DNA from: an uncultured archaeon
GTDB taxonomy: Archaea > Iainarchaeota > Iainarchaeia > Iainarchaeales > DTGL01
Reading direction: 5' to 3'
DNA length: 43,024 nt
NCBI GenBank assembly: GCA_964551725.1
Contig: CAZKED010000004.1
Location: forward strand, 37,326-80,349
Shown in pieces: positions 9,269 to 18,373 of this stretch; position 1 is the stretch's first letter, and every line of letters starts with the position of its first letter. Position numbers and translations under genes: made by a program. The notes beneath the pieces were generated by a model. It ran no database searches, had not been told where the DNA came from, and was given only the letters and a program-made list of their open reading frames with translations.

Positions 9269-9424
9269 TCAGGGCCCGATGAAGCCGCATTCCTCGCATT
9301 TGTATTCCCTGTTCGATTTCTTGCATGTATCGCAGCGGATTATTGTGCCCTTCAGGCATTTGGGGCACTTGAATTCAGTGTAATCGCTTGAAACAACCTT
9401 GTTGCATGAAGTGCATTTTCTCAT
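9269..9424 (-). CDS. Small zinc-ribbon protein (DUF1610/HVO_2753-like), in its usual position next to EF-1beta
   Basis: Four CxxC motifs (CTSC, CPKC, CDTC, CEEC) ending GFIGP; ATG at 9424 with an upstream GGTGG RBS. Confidence 0.88.
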   Translation of the reverse strand: MRKCTSCNKVVSSDYTEFKCPKCLKGTIIRCDTCKKSNREYKCEECGFIGP

Positions 9425-9524
9425 TCTTCCACCAAAAAAACCCAAAGAGTTCATTTTTAAAATTCAAACAGTATTAATTCTTTCGGGGAATAAACTTTTA
9501 AATCTTCCCAGAAATACCGCAGTT

Positions 9525-9682
9525 GGCCCCGTAGCTTAATTGGACAGAGCACCCGGCTTCGGATAGCCTTTTCTTTTTGGAAAAAAGAAAAGCCTAGGGA
9601 AAAGAAAAAATTGCATGAAAAAAGAAATTCCCCCACGCTTGGAGAAACCGGGAGGCTGGGGGTCCGAGTCCCCCCGGGGTCA
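9525..9682 (+). tRNA. tRNA-Arg(TCG) with an 84-nt intron at 37/38 (intron 9563-9646)
   Basis: Acceptor GGCCCCG/CGGGGTC+A; anticodon stem CCCGG/CCGGG; loop CT-TCG-G|A. Bulge-helix-bulge: CTTC pairs with intron GGAG (9641-9644), with 3-nt bulges. TATA-like TTTTAAAT at about 9496-9503. Confidence 0.9.
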
Positions 9683-9685
9683 TCT

Positions 9686-9784
9686 GCCCTTTTCTTTTAG
9701 AAAAAGAAAAGGGTAAGTTGCCCAAAAGAAAAAAACAATCCAGAAAGAAAAGGACGTGTTGCCAAAAAAGGAAATAGTTTCGGG
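9686..9784 (+). repeat. tRNA-associated element: 13-bp hairpin plus two ~40-nt purine-rich units
   Basis: gcccttttctttt-aga-aaaagaaaagggt hairpin, then ...GGTAAGTTGCCCAAAAGAAAAA... and ...GTGTTGCCAAAAAAGGAAATAGTTTC. Homologous to 40381-40490 and 40566-40660. Confidence 0.8.
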
Positions 9785-9786
9785 AA

Positions 9787-11136
9787 TCAAAGGAAGCTTT
9801 CCGTTCCTTCAAGGAAACGCGACAGGTTGTACTTGAAGAAGGCATTCGCCCTTGCCTTGCGGAGGAATTCCTTTTTCTCGAGGAATTCCGCTTTTGCCAG
9901 CGCCTTTTTCATCGGCATTTTTTCCAGTTTCCTCCGCTCCCTGAGAAAAATTTTGGCGAGCCCCAAGGCATTGGTGTGCCTCCTTTTCTCCTCCACAACC
10001 CATCTCCCTGCTTCAATCCTCGGTCCTGTTAGCGGAGTGAAATGTTTTTTCTTGAATGCTTTTGAGTTCGCCTCGTCCCAGGCAAACGGGCCCAAAAAAA
10101 TCGCGGTATCGTTCAGTTCCATGGATTCAAGTTCAACAAAATAGTTTATTTCCTTTCCGTCCTCGGCGAAGAGTGCAATCCTTCTCACCAAAAAGTCCTC
10201 GCTTTCAAGCCTTTTTTGGAGCAGTTTGCTGAACCTGCGCATCTGCCCCCATATTACGTCGCTCGGCGCCTTGCTCGGAAAGGGCATCCTCAATGCGTAC
10301 ATTTGGTCAACGCCAATAAGCTTTCGCATTCGCTTTTTTGAAATGCTGCTCTTCCTCTTGGGGTAGAAGAATTTTTTGTGCGGTTTTTCAAGGAAAGCGC
10401 GTGCCGCAGCCACAAACCTCGCGAACTGCTCTTCGCTTAATGCCGCTGCAACATTCCTTTTCTTGTCAGTCGGGTCGATGAATGCAAGCGGGGCATCAAA
10501 TTTTTTTTTGCTCCCTGTTTTTGACAGTGCCAGAGAAATGCCGGGTTTCCATTTTTTCGCCGCACTGAGGCATTCCTTAAAAGAGCCGTATTTGAGTATT
10601 AAAAGTTCCGCGAGATAACCCGAAAAGCCCTCCTTTTCTATCTTCGCACCGTAACAGTCAATCCCCTTGAGGAATGCCTTAAGAAGCCTTACTTCGCTTT
10701 TTTTCTTGGGAGTGAGCCTTTTTGAAAGGAATTGCTGGTGGAAGGGTGACCTGTCCACGGAGCTTTTGAGCCTTGACGCCTGCTTTACCTTGTAGGATGG
10801 TACAACCTCTATTTCGAAGCCGTCGATTATTCCCTTTATGTATGGGTGTTCGCTGTATTCCTCCCAGCATTCGTTGCCGCGGAACGCTTTGCGCCCTATT
10901 CTTAACCCCTCGCGTTCGAACTCCGCGCGGGGCATGCTTTCAGGAAAAAGAACGAAAATGTCAATGTCCCTGTCCCCTTTGAGGTGAGTGTCCCTTGCAA
11001 TCGAGCCGCACAATTTCACTCCCGTGTGCTTTCCTTTCATTTTTTTGATTCTGTCCATTACCTTTTCCGCGGTTTCTTTTTCCTTGGCTTTTTCCCTTTC
11101 GCTCGGTGTGGCGTTCCTTAAAACTTCTTTCAGCAA
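9787..11136 (-). CDS. cca: CCA-adding enzyme (class I tRNA nucleotidyltransferase)
   Basis: GSIARDTHLKGDRDIDIF, YSEHPY, EVVP, SSVDRSPFH, GFSGYLAELL and DPTDKKRNVAAALS motifs. Confidence 0.95.
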   Translation of the reverse strand: MLKEVLRNATPSEREKAKEKETAEKVMDRIKKMKGKHTGVKLCGSIARDTHLKGDRDIDIFVLFPESMPRAEFEREGLRIGRKAFRGNECWEEYSEHPYIKGIIDGFEIEVVPSYKVKQASRLKSSVDRSPFHQQFLSKRLTPKKKSEVRLLKAFLKGIDCYGAKIEKEGFSGYLAELLILKYGSFKECLSAAKKWKPGISLALSKTGSKKKFDAPLAFIDPTDKKRNVAAALSEEQFARFVAAARAFLEKPHKKFFYPKRKSSISKKRMRKLIGVDQMYALRMPFPSKAPSDVIWGQMRRFSKLLQKRLESEDFLVRRIALFAEDGKEINYFVELESMELNDTAIFLGPFAWDEANSKAFKKKHFTPLTGPRIEAGRWVVEEKRRHTNALGLAKIFLRERRKLEKMPMKKALAKAEFLEKKEFLRKARANAFFKYNLSRFLEGTESFL

Positions 11137-11244
11137 GCGCTTTATTTCTTCCCACCTACCACAAAACTTTAATATAAGAAGGCATTATTATTAATTAAAT
11201 TAACCTTTTGTAAACTTTAATCGTTTGGTTCTTTTGGTGGGATT

Positions 11245-12822
11245 TTGTCGCGTACTGGGCTCCTTGAAGTAAAAGGCGAAATGATTGATTCCTATGACAG
11301 GGTGCAGATTTTCGAGGGATTCCCCTACAAGCGCTATAAAATAATTCCGGTTTCACTGAGCGAAACGGAAAAGAAGCTTGTGAAGACTCTTTCCGCGTCG
11401 ATAAGCAGGACCTATTCTTTGGACGAGATAAGGGAAAGCATTGAAATACAGAACGCGATGGATTTCTCAAACGAATTCAACAGCGAAATAGTCCAGACGA
11501 TTGAAATAAACGAATTGCTCCTCAAGCTTCCGGACGAAAAACTCTACAAAGAACTCAGTGACAGCCTCTTGAAATTGTTCGAGAGGTACTTTCCAGGAAT
11601 GAAGGCAAAGAACGAGGTTGCCTCGGAAATACTCAGCAATTCAATTGGCTATGGCCCGATTTCCCCGCTGGTGGACGACTCGCTGCTCGAGGAAATAATG
11701 GTGAACGGCGAGAATCTGCCTGTGTTCGTTTTCCACAAAAAGCACGGGATGTGCAAGACAAACATAGTGATGGAATCCGAGAGGCAGATACTCAAGCTTT
11801 GCTCAAAAATCGCTTTCACTGTCGGAAAAAAATTTGATGAAGCCAATCCCCTGCTTGATGCAAGGCTCCCCGACGGGAGCAGGGCGAATGCAACATTTTC
11901 CCTTGTCACTCCGTTTGGCACTTCTCTCACGGTAAGGAAGTTCACGAAAATGCCCATTTCAATCGTTGACCTCATAGCCAGCGGCACGATTTCTTCGGAA
12001 GCTGCATCCTTCCTCTGGCTTATGGTTGAGGGTCTCAAAATAGAGCCCATGAACATAATAATTGCGGGAGGGGCGAGCAGTGGAAAAACCACGCTGATGA
12101 ACGCGCTTGCTACATTCATACGCTATGACGACAGGGTTATTTCAATAGAGGATACCCTGGAACTCGATTTGGGTTCAAGGGAAAACTGGATTCAAATGGA
12201 ATCAAGACCGGGAACGCACAAATACGAACAGATTGAAATGGACGATTTGTTGAGGAATTCCCTGAGAATGCGCCCCGACAGGCTGCTTGTAGGAGAAGTG
12301 AGAAGCAAGGAAGCGCAGACCCTCTTTGTGGCAATGGATACAGGTCATCGCGGAATCCTGGGAACGGTGCACGCGAACACTTCGAGAGAACTGCTTCTCA
12401 GGCTTAAGAGCGCTCCAATGAACGTGCCCAACCACATGCTTTCATTGGTGAATATTTCCGTTGTAATGTTCAGGATGTATGACAGAAACCGCGGCTTAAT
12501 CCGCCGGGTGAAGGAAATCGCGGAACTTGACAGAATGGAGGAAAAAATTCTGCTCAGCAACGTGTTCGAGTGGAACCGCCGCTCGGATTCGGTTGAAAAA
12601 ACAAATGTTCCCTCGCGCACCCTTGACAAGCTCGCTGAAAAAGTAAACATGAAGAAAAACGAAATAAAGGAGGAACTGCTCATAAGGCAGAGGATACTCG
12701 AATGGATGCTTGAGAACAACATCCGCACCGCTCCCGAAGTGGAAAAAATAATACAGGAATACTACCTTGACCCGCAGTCCGTCCTCCAGATGGTTGCGGG
12801 CAGGATTCCCGCTAAGGACTGA
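11245..12822 (+). CDS. Type IV pilus / secretion assembly ATPase (CpaF/TadA/VirB11 family)
   Basis: EEIMVNG, LDARLPDGSR, Walker A GGASSGKTT, IEDTLEL, LRMRPDRLLVGEVR, MDTGH...TVHA. Confidence 0.93.
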   Translation: MSRTGLLEVKGEMIDSYDRVQIFEGFPYKRYKIIPVSLSETEKKLVKTLSASISRTYSLDEIRESIEIQNAMDFSNEFNSEIVQTIEINELLLKLPDEKLYKELSDSLLKLFERYFPGMKAKNEVASEILSNSIGYGPISPLVDDSLLEEIMVNGENLPVFVFHKKHGMCKTNIVMESERQILKLCSKIAFTVGKKFDEANPLLDARLPDGSRANATFSLVTPFGTSLTVRKFTKMPISIVDLIASGTISSEAASFLWLMVEGLKIEPMNIIIAGGASSGKTTLMNALATFIRYDDRVISIEDTLELDLGSRENWIQMESRPGTHKYEQIEMDDLLRNSLRMRPDRLLVGEVRSKEAQTLFVAMDTGHRGILGTVHANTSRELLLRLKSAPMNVPNHMLSLVNISVVMFRMYDRNRGLIRRVKEIAELDRMEEKILLSNVFEWNRRSDSVEKTNVPSRTLDKLAEKVNMKKNEIKEELLIRQRILEWMLENNIRTAPEVEKIIQEYYLDPQSVLQMVAGRIPAKD

Positions 12823-13348
12823 GCCCTATTTTTTCAACAACAAAATATTTTGGTCCTTTTTTGCCCAGCCGCGATTCCATCAAGTCAACGCTTTTAATGC
12901 GTATCCCTTCGCTGAATTTCGCTTCGCGCAGTTTTTCAAGCAGCATTCCCACTTCCGCAAACTTCAAGTGCCTGTTCCTTGCAATCGTCACGTGCGCGTG
13001 AAACCTTTCTTCCGTCAGTCCCAGCGCCTCGTTTATTTTTTCCGAGATTTTTCCAAGAATGCTTCCGCCTTCTCTCACGCCGAGCCATATCACTCTTTTG
13101 TTGAAGTGCCCTATTCCCTCAAGCCTTGCCTCGAAAGGGCTGAATTCCCCTACGCATTTTATTTTTCCCGCTATTCTCGGAATGTCTGCCTCTGGCAAAT
13201 GCCCCAAAAACTTCATTGTAATGTGCAGGTTCTCCCTTTCAACTTTTTTCACTTCCTTTTCAGGCAGCACCCCCAGCAGTTCCCTTTCAATACTTTCCTT
13301 TGTTTTCTCGGGGAGATTGACAGCAACAAAGAGCCTTTTAGTGTTCAT
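12812..13348 (-). CDS. thpR: RNA 2',3'-cyclic phosphodiesterase / 2'-5' RNA ligase (LigT/ThpR, 2H family)
   Basis: RLFVA N-terminus and two HxT motifs (LHITMKFLG, FHAHVTIAR); ends GPKY. Confidence 0.9.
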   Translation of the reverse strand: MNTKRLFVAVNLPEKTKESIERELLGVLPEKEVKKVERENLHITMKFLGHLPEADIPRIAGKIKCVGEFSPFEARLEGIGHFNKRVIWLGVREGGSILGKISEKINEALGLTEERFHAHVTIARNRHLKFAEVGMLLEKLREAKFSEGIRIKSVDLMESRLGKKGPKYFVVEKIGLSP

Positions 13349-13965
13349 TCAGAGAGCTCCTTTTTGAGGTTTTTTTCGAACAGTTTAAGGCGCGCGTAAT
13401 TCCTTTTTATTTTTTTGTTCGCTTCCTTCACGATGAAGTCCACGAATTCCCTTTCCACGAGTACTTTGCGCTCTTTTTTCATGGGGAAGGCGATTTCTTC
13501 CGTTCCCACGAGTTCCACCAAAAACTTCCCCTTTTTTGCAACAATCACACCGCCGCGCTTCACCCCGCTCAAATCCTTAACGCGCAGAATCCTCCCCGCG
13601 TTCTCCAGAGAGCATGTTCCAATGTGCAGTATAAAGGGCTCCATTTTGAACCATATTTCTCCCTTGGTATTTTCCTGCAATGCCTTCCACACTTTTTCTG
13701 CGCTCACTTCAGAATGCCATTTCCTGTGGAAGTATGAATCTCGCTTTTTTGTGCCCTGCAGTCCCAAAAGCATTATCCTTCCGCTGCACCCCGAGGAAGT
13801 GAAGTATTCCCTTGTTTCCGCCAGAAAATCGCATAATTCCAGCAGTTGGGGGTCCATTTTTTTCTCCTCCTCCGCGCGCTTCAGCGTTGAATAATGTCTT
13901 TTCTTCACCATTTTGAATCGGGTTTTTCCCTTTTCCTTTCCGCGCTTCTTTTTTTCCATGTTCAT
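13345..13965 (-). CDS. taw3: tRNA wyosine derivative methyltransferase Taw3 (TYW3)
   Basis: D..L..L....YFTSSGCSGRI, KWH, EPFILHI motifs. Confidence 0.88.
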   Translation of the reverse strand: MNMEKKKRGKEKGKTRFKMVKKRHYSTLKRAEEEKKMDPQLLELCDFLAETREYFTSSGCSGRIMLLGLQGTKKRDSYFHRKWHSEVSAEKVWKALQENTKGEIWFKMEPFILHIGTCSLENAGRILRVKDLSGVKRGGVIVAKKGKFLVELVGTEEIAFPMKKERKVLVEREFVDFIVKEANKKIKRNYARLKLFEKNLKKELSE

Positions 13966-14600
13966 TCCGCTTCAATCCTTTCAATTTCCATTTTTCCTCT
14001 TTTGCCTATTTCTATAAATGCTGCTTTTCCGTTTTTTACAGCGCCAACGTTCACTGAAAGCGTGCTTCCCAGCCTTTCTTCCCCGAATGCTTCGTGCACG
14101 TGCCCGCACAGGTGCAGTAGCGGTTTTTTTTCCTCTATTATTCTCCTTACCGCACTGCTTCCTATGTGCTCTCTGTCCTGCGCCAAATCGAGACTGCTCC
14201 CGAAGGGAGGCAGGTGCGTTACGAGTATGCTTTCCCCCTGCACCAGCCCGGCGAGGCATTTCTCTATTTCTTCCTCTGAAAAATTCAGCAGCCCGGCTCT
14301 CCCCGACAGCCCGCCGCCGAAACCGCAGAATTTTTTTCCAAACAGCACTTGCTCTGAACAATGGATTGATGCATGCATTGCCTCAAGCGTTTCAAGCACT
14401 TCGTTGGAGTCCATGTTTCCGGGAACAGCGAGAACTTTGCGCGGGTGCAGAATTTTCATTATTTTCGAACAGTTTTCTTTGGGACCTAGCGATGTCAAAT
14501 CCCCGCATATTAACGCGATATCGCTCTCGGGTGCTTTTTCCGCAACCCTTTTAAGTAATCCCAGGGAGTTGTGTATGTCGCTCAGCGCCAGAATTCTCAT
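13962..14600 (-). CDS. Calcineurin-like metallophosphoesterase (Icc-related)
   Basis: SDIH, GDLT, VPGNMD, THLPP and CGHVHE motifs; ATG at 14600. Confidence 0.9.
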   Translation of the reverse strand: MRILALSDIHNSLGLLKRVAEKAPESDIALICGDLTSLGPKENCSKIMKILHPRKVLAVPGNMDSNEVLETLEAMHASIHCSEQVLFGKKFCGFGGGLSGRAGLLNFSEEEIEKCLAGLVQGESILVTHLPPFGSSLDLAQDREHIGSSAVRRIIEEKKPLLHLCGHVHEAFGEERLGSTLSVNVGAVKNGKAAFIEIGKRGKMEIERIEAE

Positions 14601-14668
14601 GCTTTTTCCCCTAAAACGCATTAATACAAAGGATTTTTATTCTTTCTTCGGTTTTAATTATTGGGTGC

Positions 14669-15469
14669 TTGATTGTGAGGAAAATTTTTCCCGTGCTTTT
14701 CCTTGTTTTCCTTTTGCAGTGCTCTTTTTCCTCTGTTTCGGTACTCCTGCCGGTCGAGCAGGTAGTGGAATCAGGCGGCACGGTTTCATTGGGCGGATTG
14801 CAGCCGGGCGAAACCCTTGAAATTTCAATTGAGAAAAAATCGGGAAGCATTGAATGGGTTTCGGCGAGAATCGACACCGATCTCCTGCCCCCGGGCTGGA
14901 ATTATTCCTCAGAGAAAAGGGACAGGTCAATTCTTCTGAGAGTGCAGGTTCCGGCGGAAGCAAAAACGGCAACACAAAACCTGGGCGTAATAGCGTTCAA
15001 CGACATGCTTGAGGAGAGGTTTAATGCATTGGTGAATGTGAGGAAAGGACTAATTGTTCCGGAAATCCGAGCCCTTAAAATGGAGGTTAACGTGAACGAA
15101 TGCGCAAAGTACAGGCTCAGGGCGCTTAACGAGAGCATAGCCGCGCACGAAATAGAAATAAAGAGCGATTTGCCAGAGTACTGGTTTTTCCCGAGAAAAA
15201 TTTCCCTCGCCCCGCATGAATCCCTTGACGCAAACCTGGAGGTTTGCGGAAAAAGCCCTGGCTACAGGGCATTCGCGTTCTTTGTTGATTCGGCGTTCAA
15301 CGGGGAAAGGTTCCTTTCCTCGGAACAGGAAATGGTTGTCCTGCCGACACTGCAGGGAAAGTACACTTCGATTGGAAGCGGGTTCCCTTTCTTTTCAGTA
15401 ACCCTCTTTCCCTATTACCTGGTTGATTTCTTCCTTTCCTCTGTTTCTTTTGAGACGGATTTCTCATGA
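14669..15469 (+). CDS. Hypothetical secreted/membrane-anchored protein
   Basis: N-terminal hydrophobic signal, beta-rich body and hydrophobic C-terminus; overlaps the elp3 start (ATGA). Confidence 0.65.
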   Translation: MIVRKIFPVLFLVFLLQCSFSSVSVLLPVEQVVESGGTVSLGGLQPGETLEISIEKKSGSIEWVSARIDTDLLPPGWNYSSEKRDRSILLRVQVPAEAKTATQNLGVIAFNDMLEERFNALVNVRKGLIVPEIRALKMEVNVNECAKYRLRALNESIAAHEIEIKSDLPEYWFFPRKISLAPHESLDANLEVCGKSPGYRAFAFFVDSAFNGERFLSSEQEMVVLPTLQGKYTSIGSGFPFFSVTLFPYYLVDFFLSSVSFETDFS

Positions 15470-17037
15470 CCTCGCGGGAATTCTGCCTTGAACTCGTGGA
15501 AATGATAGAAAAAGGCAAAATAAAAAGCAAGCGTGAACTGAACCGCTGGAAGCAGCGCCTGGCAAAAAAGCATTCTTTGAATGAACTGCCGACAAACCCC
15601 GATATTTTGAAGTGCGCCCGCAGGAAGAGCCCCGCGCTTGTGAAAATCCTGGGAAAAAAACCCGTTAAAACCCTTTCGGGGATAGCGGTGATAGCAATAA
15701 TGACCTCCCCGCATTCCTGTCCCGGGGAATGCGTTTACTGTCCCTCGAGCATGGTGGAGGAGGAAACCCCAAAGAGTTATACGGGCAGGGAGCCGGCAGC
15801 AATGCGCGCTTTGCGCTACCGCTTTGACCCCGCGCTACAGGTTGAATCCCGGCTGGAACAGCTGGAGCAGACCGCGCACTCCACTGAAAAGGTTGAATTG
15901 ATTGTGATGGGCGGCACGTTCCTTTCGCAGGGCAAAGAATTTCGTGACGATTTCATGCGCAGGGCAATAAACGCCGTGAGCGGCGCAAAAGCGCGTACTC
16001 TCGCCGGCGCAAAGAAAAAAGCCGAGTCCTCGAAAAAAAGGATTACGGGAATAACATTTGAAACAAGACCAGATTACTGCTCTGAGGAGCAGGTTAAGGA
16101 AATGCTTCTCCTGGGGGGCACGCGCTGCGAGCTCGGCGTGCAGGTTTTAAGTGACGCGGTCTACAAAAAAATCAAAAGAAACCATTCTGTAAAGGACGTT
16201 GCATCGGCAACCCGCAGTCTTAAAGACGCGGGTTTTAAGGTTGCCTATCACATAATGCCCGGCCTGCCTGGCTCTTCTCCCGGCACAGACCTCGATTCTT
16301 TCAAGGAAATGTTTTTCAATGCGGACTTCAAGCCCGACATGCTCAAGCTGTATCCCTGCCTTGTGATAAAGGGCACTCCGCTGTACAAAAAATTCAAGCG
16401 CGGAGCATTCTCCCCTCTTTCCACAGAGCAAGCAATTGAACTCATTTCATCAATGAAGAGAATTGTGCCGCCTTGGGTGAGAATAATGAGAGTGCAGCGC
16501 GACATTCCCGCACAGCTCATAGAGGGGGGAGTAAAAAAGAGCAACCTGCGCCAGCTGGTTCTCAAAAGGCTTGAAGAGAGGAAAGAAAAATGTAATTGCA
16601 TAAGATGCAGGGAAGCCGGCCTGTTGGAGCGAAAAGGCATTCATGCCCCACAAAAAAAAGCGCGGCTTTTTTTGGACGAATATTCGGCGAGCAATGGCAC
16701 TGAGCTTTTCATTTCCCTCGAGAACAGGAACAGGAATGCACTGTTCGGTTTCTGCCGGTTCCGCGTTCCTGAGTCTTCTTACATAAAAGAAATCGGAAGA
16801 GCGAATGCCGTTGTGAGGGAACTCAGGGTTTTCGGTAAGGCGCTGCCATTGCACGAAAGGGAGCATTCAGCACTGCAGCACAAGGGAATCGGGCAGAGGC
16901 TGATGCTTGAAGCCGAGCGCCTTTCCCGGGAATTCGGCAAGCGCGGCGTAATAGTTATTTCGGGACTCGGCGTGAAAGAGTATTACAGGAACATTGGCTA
17001 CCGTTCCAGGGGGGAATACCTTTACAAAAAACTTTAA
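15466..17037 (+). CDS. elp3: Elp3 tRNA U34 carboxymethyltransferase (radical SAM + GNAT)
   Basis: CPGECVYC FeS motif, PKSYTGREPA, KVELIVMGGTF, ETRPD, ELGVQ, RVQRDIP, CNCIRCRE, QHKGIG, ISGLGVKEYY. Confidence 0.96.
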   Translation: MTSREFCLELVEMIEKGKIKSKRELNRWKQRLAKKHSLNELPTNPDILKCARRKSPALVKILGKKPVKTLSGIAVIAIMTSPHSCPGECVYCPSSMVEEETPKSYTGREPAAMRALRYRFDPALQVESRLEQLEQTAHSTEKVELIVMGGTFLSQGKEFRDDFMRRAINAVSGAKARTLAGAKKKAESSKKRITGITFETRPDYCSEEQVKEMLLLGGTRCELGVQVLSDAVYKKIKRNHSVKDVASATRSLKDAGFKVAYHIMPGLPGSSPGTDLDSFKEMFFNADFKPDMLKLYPCLVIKGTPLYKKFKRGAFSPLSTEQAIELISSMKRIVPPWVRIMRVQRDIPAQLIEGGVKKSNLRQLVLKRLEERKEKCNCIRCREAGLLERKGIHAPQKKARLFLDEYSASNGTELFISLENRNRNALFGFCRFRVPESSYIKEIGRANAVVRELRVFGKALPLHEREHSALQHKGIGQRLMLEAERLSREFGKRGVIVISGLGVKEYYRNIGYRSRGEYLYKKL

Positions 17038-17072
17038 TATGAGTTCTGCCTTTTCTTGACTGGAGGAATGCA

Positions 17073-17381
17073 ATGGATGCCCCAAAGGAATTCATGGAAT
17101 TCGTGCAGCAGAATCCCGCATGCTATTCGATAATGCGCTCCCCCGTGCATATGGCGGTGGTGAAATCCCTCGCCCAGGGGGCAAAGGGGAAAATACAGCT
17201 GATGAGGGCATTCCCCCAGGTTGAAATGTCTGACCTGGAACTCATACTTGAGTCCCTTTTCGAAGCAGGGCTCGTGAACAAAATGCGTGTTGCCTCCTCG
17301 GAAATGTATTATTTGAATGAAAAGGGAAAAGCGTTCTTGGGGGTGTTCGAAAAGGCGAAAACAAGCATGCTTGGCACGTGA
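17073..17381 (+). CDS. Winged helix-turn-helix protein
   Basis: Pattern ...LESLFEAGLV.K......YYLNEKGKAFL is typical of a wHTH wing; GGAGG RBS. Confidence 0.65.
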   Translation: MDAPKEFMEFVQQNPACYSIMRSPVHMAVVKSLAQGAKGKIQLMRAFPQVEMSDLELILESLFEAGLVNKMRVASSEMYYLNEKGKAFLGVFEKAKTSMLGT

Positions 17382-17462
17382 AAACAGTTTTAAATGTTTT
17401 CTTCTCTAACTTTTAAAACGCCTTTTTTTGAGGCTTTTTTTGTAATTTTAGAGGTTTTTTTT

Positions 17463-17810
17463 ATGGGCAGTGTTTTTATTGCAACGCTGGGAAAAGGGCG
17501 AGGCACATGGGGGCATGTTGCGCGCATAATCAAAGAAGGGGATTGGAGCACAATTCTGCTTATAAGCAATGAATTCGGAAAAGAGAATTTCGCCCCGGCA
17601 AAAGAATGCTCCTGGGTAATGGTAAACAACCGCTCGGGCTTTGATGCAATGAAGGACCAGATAAAGGAAGCATTGCCTCCGGGTGAAATTTCGGTTTCCC
17701 TTTCCTCGGGGATAGGGAAAGAGCACATGGCACTGCTCGCCGCATTGAAAGAATCCGGCAGAGAGTTCAAAATTGTAGTGCTCACTGGGGACGGAATGAA
17801 GTTCTACTGA
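17463..17810 (+). CDS. Small alpha/beta (Rossmann-like, possibly CARF-like) protein
   Basis: ATG at 17463. Beta1 FIATLG-KGRGTWGH and later beta-strand + SLSSGIGKEHMALLAA helix resemble the CARF architecture (TLG... / NxSGGxR-helix). Confidence 0.6.
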   Translation: MGSVFIATLGKGRGTWGHVARIIKEGDWSTILLISNEFGKENFAPAKECSWVMVNNRSGFDAMKDQIKEALPPGEISVSLSSGIGKEHMALLAALKESGREFKIVVLTGDGMKFY

Positions 17811-17814
17811 TTTT

Positions 17815-17850
17815 CGGAACGCGCGCCTGCGTTCCGCGCAATTTTTTTAT
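17815..17850 (+). terminator. Hairpin followed by T-tract after the 17463-17810 gene
   Basis: cggaacgc (17815-17822) / gcgttccg (17829-17836) inverted repeat, followed by a T-run. Confidence 0.45.
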
Positions 17851-17872
17851 TTCCTTCCGCTCCAGTTTACTA

Positions 17873-18253
17873 ATGCCTGGAGAAATTTTTGCATTCCTTT
17901 CCCTTGTGCTCTTGCTTGTTGTGGCAGTGCTCGCCCTCTTTCTTCTGTTCTTCTACCGCAAGTTCCGCGCCCTCGAGGCAGAGCTCTCCGCTCTCGAGTT
18001 CAAAAAGCAGTCCCAGTCCGTGAAATACGGCAAACTCACCGAGCAATGGATTCCTTTTTCCGCGGAATTCCCTTTTCCCGCGGAAGAATTCCGCTTTATT
18101 GGTTCGCCCGTGGACGGAGTAGCATTCACCGATGACAGAATAGTGTTCTGCGAGTTCAAGGCGGCGGGCTCCCGCCTCTCGGAAAAACAGAAAAGCATAA
18201 AGGAACTAGTGCGGAAAAAAATGGTGGAATGGTTAGAGTTAAAGGTCAGCTAA
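17873..18253 (+). CDS. Membrane-anchored Holliday-junction-resolvase-like PD-(D/E)XK endonuclease
   Basis: N-terminal TM helix, short coiled coil, G.L.EQ..PF, RFIGSPVD, F.EFK...SRLS..QK motifs. Confidence 0.82.
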   Translation: MPGEIFAFLSLVLLLVVAVLALFLLFFYRKFRALEAELSALEFKKQSQSVKYGKLTEQWIPFSAEFPFPAEEFRFIGSPVDGVAFTDDRIVFCEFKAAGSRLSEKQKSIKELVRKKMVEWLELKVS

Positions 18254-18373
18254 TCATTAGGGTATTGAATAATTTGTATAAAGAGTTTTAAAGAAGGTTT
18301 GCTTTTTCGCATTATGAATAAAAATTGTAATCCATGGGAGGTTATATACTGCTAGAAAGTCAAGGTTTTTGAG

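Noticed and set aside
9594-9845. 83-aa minus-strand ORF, and similar ORFs at 40303-40485 and 40523-40732
   Set aside because: They overlap tRNA genes and low-complexity repeat elements, so they are spurious.
13962-14600. Metallophosphoesterase as the missing Mre11
   Set aside because: Only about 212 aa with no capping domain; it has GNMD rather than GNHD and lacks the DxHLG pattern. It fits the small Icc-like family.
13894-14820. 308-aa + strand ORF
   Set aside because: Antisense to the well-supported metallophosphoesterase; no recognisable features.
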